Source: a virus
Taxonomy: Duplodnaviria > Caudoviricetes
Length of the DNA: 64,000 nt
Reading direction: 5' to 3' (one strand)
IMG/VR virus record: IMGVR_UViG_3300025018_000091
Each line of letters starts with the position of its first letter. The first letter of the stretch is position 1. Shown here in pieces: positions 11,301-19,563 of this stretch. The notes under the pieces are model-generated. The model saw nothing but the letters and a program-made list of their open reading frames with translations. It was not told the DNA's origin and did not search any database. The translations under genes and the position numbers were made by a program.

Positions 11301-12522
11301 ATGGTAATGCATTCAGCCTAAATGGTATTTCGGATACGAAAGCTGGATGTTTTGTACCAACTTGATTATTATTAGGATCAGTAAATATTACGCCACCTAA
11401 TTTTGGTATTGTATTGTCGATATATATAATTGGCGCGTGTTGTAGATTGAAAACATTAATAATAGGAGGTAATGTCTCGCGAGTAGAATCAAGACTGGTA
11501 GATACTTCAACACTGGTTTCGTCTATAACTCTACCCAAATTCTTATATTCATATGTTACAACAACCTTGAGTATATTTTCTACATCAAAATCAGGATCTT
11601 CAAGTATCGAAGTATTTAATTTTACTTGATTATTACTTAATTGATAATAAGTAGATGAATAATCTTGATCATATCGAGAATCAAAAATTTGATAACCTAA
11701 AGTAGTGATATCATAAGTATAAATAGGATTAGCGCATTGTATTGTAAAAACTATACTACTAACCCTAGTAACAGGATTACTTGATAAATTAAGTACAAAA
11801 GTATTGATATTGAATTTGCCGTCTTCACCTGTGGAATCAGCATATAAAGTTTCTGTTATGCTTTGTTTTTGTAGAGTTATTGGATAACTTGGAAATGTAG
11901 TATATGGAAATGATAATTTGGCATTAGTTCCTGTTGGAGTTCTTGCAACACGAATTAATTTATATGCGCCTTCTTCGTTTAATCTATCGAATGGACCAGC
12001 ACCACGAGTTTTTATCTCATCTTCAACATCAATAGATAAATAATTTTCATTCTTTACTAATCCAATATCATACAATGCTTTGGATAAATTGACAGATAAC
12101 GATTGTATATATTTATTTATTACAGTATTAGTGTCGTCTATACTATAGATATTTTCTCGCAAATAATTTAGTAAATATTCTTTAAAAATATTATCTGTTG
12201 GTAATGGTCCAAGTATTATATATTGATTAGATACACCATCTTCAAGAATTCTAGCATCACCATTTAGTGAAATAAATGGATATATTGGAGTGGATACAAA
12301 TTTCAAATAATAATAGCCATATGGAGTTAAAGGCTGACAAACTATGCTTAATATTTGACCACTTATCTTAATTTCTAATACTTCAGATGTGGCGCTTGTA
12401 TCTGTTTCTGACGTAATTAACACATTATACGTTGATAGTTGAGGGGTTAACTCATGAGTAAATTTCACTTCAATATGAGTGCTATCAACTATTTCAACTG
12501 ATACGATTCTAAGGTTTTGCAT
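5359..12522 (-). CDS. Giant baseplate wedge protein (P2 gpI/T4 gp7-like) with Ig-like and two LamG-like domains
   Basis: 2387 aa, coupled to the gpJ-like gene. Central 'LYRNFGNLV...YREALMAALSSFIQGPTIPAM' and C-terminal 'LEKLIRILKPANSKVYIQY' resemble gpI-type wedge segments. LamG-like signatures: GSFETW/HHVAVSW/IDQVKIYS and GSIEFW/WHRIKVSY/LNNLRIS. Confidence 0.65.
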   Translation of the reverse strand: MQNLRIVSVEIVDSTHIEVKFTHELTPQLSTYNVLITSETDTSATSEVLEIKISGQILSIVCQPLTPYGYYYLKFVSTPIYPFISLNGDARILEDGVSNQYIILGPLPTDNIFKEYLLNYLRENIYSIDDTNTVINKYIQSLSVNLSKALYDIGLVKNENYLSIDVEDEIKTRGAGPFDRLNEEGAYKLIRVARTPTGTNAKLSFPYTTFPSYPITLQKQSITETLYADSTGEDGKFNINTFVLNLSSNPVTRVSSIVFTIQCANPIYTYDITTLGYQIFDSRYDQDYSSTYYQLSNNQVKLNTSILEDPDFDVENILKVVVTYEYKNLGRVIDETSVEVSTSLDSTRETLPPIINVFNLQHAPIIYIDNTIPKLGGVIFTDPNNNQVGTKHPAFVSEIPFRLNALPSSIGQYSIDYETGTVYVYGADINNDGTGAFPPLATYKYRYTYQSEIDYVYDYDSLELVALPNGSLVDFSGTVKFSYEEVFIPGVDYQSALHQEAMSERTDNRLVALNVVKTENYPITNVFRVYNETSGEIYNITRWNDNKIYYKYQNPPRINAQEGERATFKDEVNEMMFVTDTLTNSGSQRIFKIPLNNNMLVSATEDGIGYAFNSGIVFSKSNIFVTERWFDRRQTVSVNLDILQNIGEYLIDYVNGVVYCAVSTSQDNVVGYITYKTNHISPTYPHLISVDDIYYRIGALNAKSKTFSYLLFEDGSIVPSTLDYGDELYLNGTTTAPYYLYGGDIGVFIDSSFVSGVTNQVKFVRAIYEMNDLKSSTKPINFASSSISSDYNISVDTLSSQIFDNVLFDGTNFYVNINENIPYISSNITYTFSVIRVSDSQELWDSSGTVVPGNPLKLILSGYGSPVLGDSVSITYSFTIKNLSTIMVDYNKGDYFVDYTYLADEIILSYEYGDNVLDFRSTNSVSENTEYYVSYKAGALRDALYRNFGNLVDIPELTTFNIDFDRERYREALMAALSSFIQGPTIPAMKNIGKTISHITPEITESVFLGWSLGNSLLTPQGISTTGAFQLLPAKFNNGVLVNSSDQTITFPINSNIKLEEGSFETWVVPQWNGLDNDAELTFNILKNGSTIDSSEIFIGTSEIHPVINNGLFTINKNTILDGYPNRNKDGVFIYYDKDTSGDFYRWYIQVIDGYVSSPSSTYKIKLTTPGTVYDAKSIVSPKPSNLSMFTGTNSITINITGGSSLDSGITFLSDFPHYLLDFGESALRNRVSIFKDSGGYLNFRVIDKDKIPYIVSTDISSWKAQDKHHVAVSWKLNTINSRDEMHLFVDGFEVPNIIKFSQKLQPYLHEKFRTVDPEEILGLSNRDIISGTDLVTILDGYTVTSSINFSAYNIYSGDLIFIDEIGFDTSGYTIDTVYGQTLTLLQPMPYLLTNGRFSVNRTEYTVDSNIDIAPNIQVTTISSMLSGSDLSGTIGTNIVTSAITNFTTEDVLAGYSIRIDDSSLPVTYVITQVSGNSLTITDNLPVGLSGASFNIYSNDETEIPGMRATRPSYSVSKDGYYNNILTISNSVFADDLVLIRTLGLNHRKVKKQYYVWSDEVENILMTRMPPPISLDELNITKLILNDGYTSAIGPANSTLIAGEFHSINFPCTHPSNSQQGRTISVTISGNNTDFSTPVEVTINGGVSYYTVSETLYFTDYGTMDFSNLYISINHINVVARPINSSKNALVIDVREKYPITRSEASGLVPVIRYSYQIGTGTTLYSSGDNTVTDGYYTFNDHCVDNYLVIQSPLVAAGFYKILAVSDDKTTLTVETTSVGPYPPSPIPTFTDGVYQILNVNDYRSGLQNGFITLEVNVLPSIPYLLSHGFYEVEYHTYARIKLDMPRDNVYLGSDMFGSNQVNSIIDQVKIYSSMLTDTRVGEQVTSNQKSVTQDFNSLKPLKKDSDTLMLINFDEYPFTNSADFYINTYADKQHFHSSAKVNENFDDSLAIIHEPMILSNDGILDTRKQGSIEFWTSPLYDTANDPITRFYFDATSAIIEEAVSTDLVSVKLSNSINRVLSVTLKSGDPNIDYFAGGKVEIDTQRAVRETYTSSSTTTVQVNLPILQVISVTIPGDYSNVDYFNEGTIGTDNKTIYLNKALPSSNTVVSVTYQTTQNNNVTLNTQVIRLNKKLPAQKSHVIVKYLPKGVQGDRIALYKDEFGYINFGISASGTDYVVRAPTRWVRNTWHRIKVSYKLNGGQGRDEISLFLDGYQYGNDSSILFGSGLLFGGSPAVMGSVRVGHGASIVGNIRFKDPINTLHIGSQYTGANKLFGLLNNLRISNISRPVYSPFNEPLDVNYNSNLNVVYPVTADLYTTFLQDSDVTNIKNEDFTTIINRNTGSFDFSINIIDSFGIVNDSIKVQKVLEKLIRILKPANSKVYIQYTR

Positions 12523-15500
12523 TATCTGGTCTCAGTATTAATGAGTATTGTGTCTGGAGAAAAATACTCGTCTTTTTGTGCTTGTATTATTAGTAATTGC
12601 CCGACATTACCTGCTTTATTAAAATGTAATATTCTTGCTCTAGCTATTCCAGGTACGGCTTGTGCCACATTGATTAATGTTGGAGCATCTACTACCGTTC
12701 CAAGTGATAAAGATGTAAGTGTCGATGTTAATTGGCTGCGTAAATCTTGCAATACAGTATCTTCAGAACTAGTATAATCAGAAGAAATAACAACATTCAT
12801 AGTTAAATCTACCAATACGATTTTAGCCGCCCTAACTAATACGTCCGCATTTATTGGTCTTGTATTTTCGATATTAAACGTAGTGTCGGCAATTAGCTGA
12901 TTATAGTTATATCGAATAGATATTCTTTCATTTTGCTTTGGTGCTAAATAATCATAAAAGATTTTATATCTAGATCCTAAAGCTGGCTGAGTAAATGATG
13001 ACGCAGTAAACCTAGTTGATTGCGACGTTCTAAATCCACTAGAGATATAGATCTTATTAATCAACGCAAACTTCTTATTAGTATATAACGTTCCATTTCT
13101 AGTATAAGATATATTTTCTATATCATTATCTGTTACATAATAAAAAGTTGCTCTTAATTTATCACCAATCATTGGTAAGTTTCTTGTAGATAAATTCATT
13201 GTGTTATTCTGTGTTGATGGTAAAATAAACTCAGAGTTCTGCAATGATGAATCTGCCAATGTATCTAATAAGTATAATAAATTATTTTGTATTGTTGTGT
13301 TTATAACATCATACGTTGATAATGCTGATAATACTTCACTACTATTTGCACTAACAGTTGATACTCTTTCTAATTTGATTAGCTTTGCTAATCTTACATT
13401 AGATGGTACAGATGTAGAAGAACTAATATCTAAAGCTTTACGTAAAGCTTCTGACAAATTTAATTGTAATCCATTAGCGGTTGCAGTAAAGATAATATCA
13501 GTAGCCTTTGTGATAGATGTTCCACTTACAGACATAACTCCAGTGCTAACTACTTGATCAATAGTTGTACAATTCAATCTGGTTTGTGCCCTACGTAAGT
13601 TGTTAAAATTATAGAACATAACAAAAACACCATCATTATTATTAGCGCTAATACTGCTAGGTAACAACAATCTATTATTAGAAATTTGTATTGTTCCTGA
13701 ATAATTCCATATTTCTTTTCCGTCTAAAACTCTAATAATTGAGATTTGATCGTATGTTATATGATCTAATTCATTAGATATCGTTATTTTATTATTTGTT
13801 GAGTTATACGATAAGATATCATATAATCCGTTATTATTTGGATCTGTTGCACCAGAAATTATTAGCTTCTTAGATGTTAAATCTGCTTGTGAAGCAAAAC
13901 TTATGGTAGAACTACTTACAATACCTGTACCAGTTCCTACAGTTAAATATCCATCAGTTACTGAAAATAGCTCTATATCTGTATTAGGTTCTATTATAGT
14001 GAATGTTAAACCAGATGCTTGAGCCACAAATTTATTTATAGATACCATAAATCTACTGGTAAGAGGCTCAATAGATAATGTATCTACTCTATTTTTAATT
14101 ATTATATTACTAAAACTATATGGCTGATATCTTCTTAAATCTGTAGCATAATATACAACTAAACATTTATCATTAAGCGCGGGAATGTTGTATCCAGTAA
14201 AAATAAGCTGATAATTACCCGGTGTACTTGTTGCAATAGTTCCTGGATTTTCAGAGTTCCATAACTCTAGATTATCTGATAACCTAATAACAGAAATTAT
14301 TTGACCAGTAGATAATGAAAATTCTGTACTGTTAATAGCTAATTCTACATAAAATTGACTGCTTAGGTTTTGCTGTACTGTAGCATTTTCTCTTCTAGAT
14401 ATATTTGTAATACTAAAGTTATTAAATCCCGTATTATTTGATAATGTAAACCCATTTCCAGTTCTACTACATGGTAATGATGTTGTGGCTGAAGAAAACA
14501 GATCAGTTACTGCAGCTACATATGTTACTTTTAATAAAATAGATGTGGCTAATGTATCAATTAATGATGCAGGTATAGTTATCTGTGTTCCGCTAATACT
14601 TCCATTAGTTGTGTCAGAATAAAATACATCGATGCTATTCATATAAACAGTTACAATGTCTCCAACTTCTACTACACAATCAGTTGGTAAGATAATAGTA
14701 ATATTATATAGAACTTGAATTCCAACGACAGTTGTTTCATTAATAATAGTTCCATTCCCCTCAGAAGTATTATATAGTTCTATATTGCTATTTTTAATAG
14801 TTATAGAATCTATAGTCTCTGCTGATACTGAATGATTTCTTACTATTACCGCTAGTCTATTAACATATACGCCTGATGTAATAGTTTCTACATACGTATC
14901 TGCACTAACAAATGTTTTTGCGGATACAATTGAGCTTATACTGTGTGTAGATGTTCCTACAAAAAAGTTATTACTAACATTTTTCTCAAACCAAATATTT
15001 TCATCTGTAATCATTGAGGAATATCCCCAATCAACGCTGTCAGTAACTGATCGAGGATTAGATGTATATTCTAAGCCATCATAGTCAGAATATTGATCAT
15101 AAGTTATTATCCAATTATAATCAACCTGTAATACATCGCTTGGAGATGGTAATGTATTTCCTGATATTTTTATTCTACCAGTTGTATTATATGTTCCTGT
15201 AGCATCTAGATTTTGATTTGTGATAATATACCTTTCACCAGTATTAACATTAAATACTCTAGTAACATTTGTTGCAGGATAATGTAATAATTGTATTACT
15301 GACCTATCATAAGTAATTGTACTATTCTCATTATTTATTGAAATAAACTGTTGAGCTTTAGGTATACTTGAAACATCTGGAAAAGATACATTATCTTGAC
15401 CATTAAATTGAGATTTTACCCTATCTTCTTGATATAAAGATACACGATCTGAAATCCAATGAAAAGTATCAAATCCCCAAGGACCACCACTATAAGCCCC

Positions 15501-16619
15501 AGTATCTTTAAGGAGTTCATAATTACCAGAAATACGACCATAGGAATCTACTGTTTTCTCTTTAAAATTTGAACCACTAATTGAGCCTGTAACTTGTAGC
15601 AAATTTTCTACTGGCTGTTTTGGTAAAACTCCATTTGCAATATTATCAAGTCTTTTTCTATTAATAGTTTTATTTTTATCTCCCGTAATCTGTCCTAATA
15701 CAATATTATTTTTAGAACTAGACTGGTCATTATTGTTGCTTTTATCAACATAAATAATACTATCTGTGTTTTCAACTAAAGTAGATCCTAAGACGACAAC
15801 ATCAACTTTTCCACCAGAACCTTCTGACACTACTGTTCTAGAGCCGTCTGCATTAACAGTTACGGTTGTTCCGTCACGAGTCATTAATGAATCACCGGGC
15901 TCAATAACTACAGCATCAGATACTCCTGTTGTGCTTAGCGCTGTATTTAAATATCCTAATGCAGTTCCAACACTAGATCCGCTAAACGCCGCCAATACTC
16001 TGTTTCTAAAAGAAACATCATCTTCTTGGTCTGCGCCGCCGTTAAATGCACTAATATTTGTAACATTACTAACACCAGGAATAGATGTTCTATTCAAATA
16101 ATAACTACCTATATTACCAATTGAACCCGCAGAAGATGCAGCAACAGTAACTTCAACAGCATATTCATCAGAAATTCCTAAAAGATCTAATTGTGTTCTA
16201 TATTTTGTAGCTACAGATCTATAGTAATTAGAAGCTAAAGGAGTAACAGATAAGCCATTTGATACTGAGAAAGAAAATCCATTAGATGCGATTATGACAT
16301 CACCAGAATTAATGTTAACGGGTGCATTTAAGCTAGAAAATGTTAGTAAAGCGATTCCGGATGATGATGTTGATCTTTTTCTTACAATTCCAAAATTTTT
16401 AGCTAATTGGTTAAGTTCATTACCAATAACTAACCTAAAAGATTGTTTATTAGAAATCCCAGATAATTCATCATATAATAAAGATAGCTGCGTTGCCGGT
16501 GCTTCTACAAATAAATCTCTAGCAACAGAACCAGGTGTAATATCTAAATCTGGTTGAGCAATTCTATAAAAATCGATTAAACTTAATATAATCTCATTAA
16601 CGCTACGGATCGTTACCAT
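12522..16619 (-). CDS. Baseplate J-like (gp6-like) wedge protein with a large internal insertion
   Basis: N-terminus 'PDLDITPGSVARDLFVEA', 'GSIGNI', 'FNGGADQEDDVSFRNRV', 'ALSTTGVSDAVV'; C-terminal gpJ fold 'VDLTMNVVIS...LSLGTVV...LINVAQAVPGI'. Confidence 0.85.
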   Translation of the reverse strand: MVTIRSVNEIILSLIDFYRIAQPDLDITPGSVARDLFVEAPATQLSLLYDELSGISNKQSFRLVIGNELNQLAKNFGIVRKRSTSSSGIALLTFSSLNAPVNINSGDVIIASNGFSFSVSNGLSVTPLASNYYRSVATKYRTQLDLLGISDEYAVEVTVAASSAGSIGNIGSYYLNRTSIPGVSNVTNISAFNGGADQEDDVSFRNRVLAAFSGSSVGTALGYLNTALSTTGVSDAVVIEPGDSLMTRDGTTVTVNADGSRTVVSEGSGGKVDVVVLGSTLVENTDSIIYVDKSNNNDQSSSKNNIVLGQITGDKNKTINRKRLDNIANGVLPKQPVENLLQVTGSISGSNFKEKTVDSYGRISGNYELLKDTGAYSGGPWGFDTFHWISDRVSLYQEDRVKSQFNGQDNVSFPDVSSIPKAQQFISINNENSTITYDRSVIQLLHYPATNVTRVFNVNTGERYIITNQNLDATGTYNTTGRIKISGNTLPSPSDVLQVDYNWIITYDQYSDYDGLEYTSNPRSVTDSVDWGYSSMITDENIWFEKNVSNNFFVGTSTHSISSIVSAKTFVSADTYVETITSGVYVNRLAVIVRNHSVSAETIDSITIKNSNIELYNTSEGNGTIINETTVVGIQVLYNITIILPTDCVVEVGDIVTVYMNSIDVFYSDTTNGSISGTQITIPASLIDTLATSILLKVTYVAAVTDLFSSATTSLPCSRTGNGFTLSNNTGFNNFSITNISRRENATVQQNLSSQFYVELAINSTEFSLSTGQIISVIRLSDNLELWNSENPGTIATSTPGNYQLIFTGYNIPALNDKCLVVYYATDLRRYQPYSFSNIIIKNRVDTLSIEPLTSRFMVSINKFVAQASGLTFTIIEPNTDIELFSVTDGYLTVGTGTGIVSSSTISFASQADLTSKKLIISGATDPNNNGLYDILSYNSTNNKITISNELDHITYDQISIIRVLDGKEIWNYSGTIQISNNRLLLPSSISANNNDGVFVMFYNFNNLRRAQTRLNCTTIDQVVSTGVMSVSGTSITKATDIIFTATANGLQLNLSEALRKALDISSSTSVPSNVRLAKLIKLERVSTVSANSSEVLSALSTYDVINTTIQNNLLYLLDTLADSSLQNSEFILPSTQNNTMNLSTRNLPMIGDKLRATFYYVTDNDIENISYTRNGTLYTNKKFALINKIYISSGFRTSQSTRFTASSFTQPALGSRYKIFYDYLAPKQNERISIRYNYNQLIADTTFNIENTRPINADVLVRAAKIVLVDLTMNVVISSDYTSSEDTVLQDLRSQLTSTLTSLSLGTVVDAPTLINVAQAVPGIARARILHFNKAGNVGQLLIIQAQKDEYFSPDTILINTETR

Positions 16620-16621
16620 AA

Positions 16622-17389
16622 TTATCCTCTATTCAAGTGCCTATTTCTATATGTACCATCTATCCAATTTTGTTTTGAAGATAGCGGTCTTAAATTACTT
16701 AAACTCCAACAACTTTTAAACTTTTCATCTTCCATAGTCGTATATTGAAATTCACTATGAGGAATTATATGATCAATTTGCCAAGTCCAGGTTGTCTGAT
16801 CATTATCGTTCCATGTTAATGCATTATATTTGCCCCAATTATTCCAAGTCATCCAGTTCTCAAATTGTACCTCTAAATGTAGCTTCAATTCATCTATAGA
16901 ATAAGGTAATTTAGCGAGAATAGATAAACCATTCTTGCATTTACCATTCTTTTTAATCATAGAATATACCATATTTGAAACTCGTCTTCTTAGTTTAAAA
17001 ATCGGATTAGATCTTTCTCGATTTTTTTGATATCCTAATTTTCTTTTATTTATTATATCTTTATTTTTTCTATAAAACTCTTTCTTTTTTTCAGATATTT
17101 TTTCATTATTATCGAAATAATATTCTTTATACTTTTTGAGGATTTGTTCTTTGTTGATATTATAGTACTCTTTCTTTTTAGACTTTATTATACTATCATT
17201 ATCTATTCTATACTTATTTACTTTAGATCTTATTGCAGCGGCATGCTGTTCATAATATATTTTTTTAGACTCTTTCTGACACATTTTACACATAGAACGA
17301 TAATATATAGTTCCAATTTTAGTTTTTCTAATATTAAACTCAGACAAACATTTATCTAAACCGCATTTTTTACATATTTTAGTATTCAT
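16622..17389 (-). CDS. Free-standing HNH homing endonuclease
   Basis: CKKC/CKMC N-terminus, K/Y-rich helical linker, C-terminal 'LKLHLEVQFENWMTWNNWG...WQIDHIIP...CWSLSNLRPL'. Confidence 0.85.
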   Translation of the reverse strand: MNTKICKKCGLDKCLSEFNIRKTKIGTIYYRSMCKMCQKESKKIYYEQHAAAIRSKVNKYRIDNDSIIKSKKKEYYNINKEQILKKYKEYYFDNNEKISEKKKEFYRKNKDIINKRKLGYQKNRERSNPIFKLRRRVSNMVYSMIKKNGKCKNGLSILAKLPYSIDELKLHLEVQFENWMTWNNWGKYNALTWNDNDQTTWTWQIDHIIPHSEFQYTTMEDEKFKSCWSLSNLRPLSSKQNWIDGTYRNRHLNRG

Positions 17390-17817
17390 ATTGTTGATAC
17401 CCTGAAATTAGTAGTAATAGGTTTAGACCCTTTTGTTAAAGCTTTAATTCTTACATCAAACAATCTTGGATCTATTTGATTTCTAACTATAGATATATCC
17501 AAAATAGCACCAAGTTGTTCATCAGCACTTACTCTTTGAAAAGATTTTACTTGTAAATCTTGTATTGTCTTTAAATTATTTAATGCTTTATTTAATTGAG
17601 CTTTAGACATTTGGACTAATACTGAATTTTGATTTGGATTACCAACAATAGTTCTGGATAGAAATGATCCATACCACGGATGCTGAGGATTTGACCCAGC
17701 AGTGGTTAAACACATTTTTAGGATACCTTGAATTAATTTTTCAGAATCAATTACAGTTTGTAATTTACCCTGATTAATAACTAAATCTCCCTTATTTACC
17801 TTTAGATCAAAAGACAT
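17386..17817 (-). CDS. Baseplate wedge subunit, gp25/gpW-like (sheath polymerisation initiator)
   Basis: 143 aa with 'GDLVI...KLIQ...GSNPQHPWYGS' pattern, upstream of the gpJ-like gene. Confidence 0.8.
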   Translation of the reverse strand: MSFDLKVNKGDLVINQGKLQTVIDSEKLIQGILKMCLTTAGSNPQHPWYGSFLSRTIVGNPNQNSVLVQMSKAQLNKALNNLKTIQDLQVKSFQRVSADEQLGAILDISIVRNQIDPRLFDVRIKALTKGSKPITTNFRVSTI

Positions 17818-17840
17818 TCGACGTTCTCCTACCTTTCCTA

Positions 17841-17854
17841 ATGCGGAAATATTA
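17841..17854 (-). promoter_or_regulatory. Candidate phage promoter element (TAATA-N6-CAT) followed by AGGTAGGAG RBS
   Basis: Recurrent motif; strong SD just upstream of the gp25-like start. Confidence 0.4.
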
Positions 17855-17880
17855 GATAAATCTACCAGTTAGAAGCGGAG

Positions 17881-19563
17881 TTATATCGAACTATTATTTT
17901 GACGTTTATCTAAATAGAGTTTATCCATCAGGTTAAAAAAGTCTTTTACTGTATTCGTTAAAGTTCCCATACATTGAGATAAATTATCTGTTCTTACAGC
18001 ATCAGGCTTATTTAACAGGGTTTTCATTCTTTCAAAAGCATCTTTATCTAAAAATCCTAACAAATCTTCTATTGGCATGATATACAAAGATGCAATAATT
18101 GCTAAAATATCACATAAACCAAGACCGCTAAATTCTCCCATTATCATTTCAATAATTTGTAGAGCATCACAAGCTTTTTTCATAGTATTATTGCGTGCGA
18201 ATGTTAATGATTTAACAGTATCATCATTAATATCTCCACAAGAAGCGTTCACTTCAGGATTAAATATCATTGCATTACTTGGAAATATGGGTTTTCTCGT
18301 AATTGATTCATATCCTACGCTTGCAGCTGTTTGACCTATAAATTTTTCTATAGAAGCTCTAATAAGATCTGCATCATAACTTGTAATAAATTTTGGATTA
18401 TTAGCTAATTCTTTAGTTATAATAATAGGTCTAACAGAAGACCCTCCTTCTGGACCAGTCGTTGATGGTATTGGTATCCAATAATAGAACTTTTGAGCCT
18501 CTTCTATAGTATTTTGAGCTTGCACTAATTTATTAATCATAGCTCGCATAATATTTAAATATTGAATAAATCTTTGTTGCTCAGTTAATTTATAATCTTT
18601 AGTTATTCTTTCAATAAGACTTTCATCAGCAATAGACGGTACATTTTCTATATAATCTTTTATATTTTGTAATTCACCAGTAATATTAGATGTATCATCA
18701 GTGACACGATTATAAATTATCGTTTCTAACATTGGTATTTCAACTGTAACAGTTTCCGATGCAATTAGATTTTTAGTATCTAAAACAAATGGGACTGCCA
18801 ACATTTTATCTATATTTACACTTTCAGAATATCTTGGATCAACTAAAAATGGATATAAAATATGAGTTCTATCAAAAGCAGTCTTAGGTAATGTTGGCGT
18901 AACCCCATCATCTCCAATATATTCTGTTAAACTTGGTTTATTATTACCAACATGCCCATTTTTATCTATTGTATATGTTTGTTTTAATGAATCTAAATCA
19001 GCAGAAAAAACTTCTGGAGTTGTTACTTTATCTAATGGATCTATAAAATCTCTTTTATTCATACTCGATAAAGCTAGAACTGAAGCATTTATAGATGTAT
19101 TAATATTGAAAATATTAGCAAAGGTTTGATATGTCGATTCTCTAGTATCAAATAACTTAATTAATGATGAAGTATATAATACCGTTGATGCAATTTTGAT
19201 TTTATCTATTTTTTTGATTTTTTTTGTTTCATCAAAAATAGAATCATAACCAGGATTATAGAAATCTGTACCATCATATACTGGAAACCCAATCATTCTA
19301 TAAAATGCGTGACATCTACTCTCTTGATATGTATTTTCTGCTTTTAATGAATTTCGTAATGAATTATCTTTTATAGCCTTTACTATATTTGTAGGGGTTA
19401 TACCATTAATACTCTTTTTACTCCTATAATTATCAATTCCATTTTGTTTAACTTTACTCGGTTTATTAGGGTTAACAAAACTATAGAACGCATCTTTAAC
19501 ATTAAAATCGAATCTTTGACGATTTTTATAGTTATTTTGATTTGTTTTATTTGAATCAACCAT
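17881..19563 (-). CDS. Hypothetical protein in baseplate gene block
   Basis: 560-aa ORF coupled to the upstream gene; no motif recognised. Confidence 0.55.
   Translation of the reverse strand: MVDSNKTNQNNYKNRQRFDFNVKDAFYSFVNPNKPSKVKQNGIDNYRSKKSINGITPTNIVKAIKDNSLRNSLKAENTYQESRCHAFYRMIGFPVYDGTDFYNPGYDSIFDETKKIKKIDKIKIASTVLYTSSLIKLFDTRESTYQTFANIFNINTSINASVLALSSMNKRDFIDPLDKVTTPEVFSADLDSLKQTYTIDKNGHVGNNKPSLTEYIGDDGVTPTLPKTAFDRTHILYPFLVDPRYSESVNIDKMLAVPFVLDTKNLIASETVTVEIPMLETIIYNRVTDDTSNITGELQNIKDYIENVPSIADESLIERITKDYKLTEQQRFIQYLNIMRAMINKLVQAQNTIEEAQKFYYWIPIPSTTGPEGGSSVRPIIITKELANNPKFITSYDADLIRASIEKFIGQTAASVGYESITRKPIFPSNAMIFNPEVNASCGDINDDTVKSLTFARNNTMKKACDALQIIEMIMGEFSGLGLCDILAIIASLYIMPIEDLLGFLDKDAFERMKTLLNKPDAVRTDNLSQCMGTLTNTVKDFFNLMDKLYLDKRQNNSSI

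Noticed and set aside
16622-17389. Group I intron splitting a baseplate gene
   Set aside because: The flanking gp25-like and gpJ genes are each complete with their own start and stop, and there is no room for an intron core. The same applies at 38028-38888.
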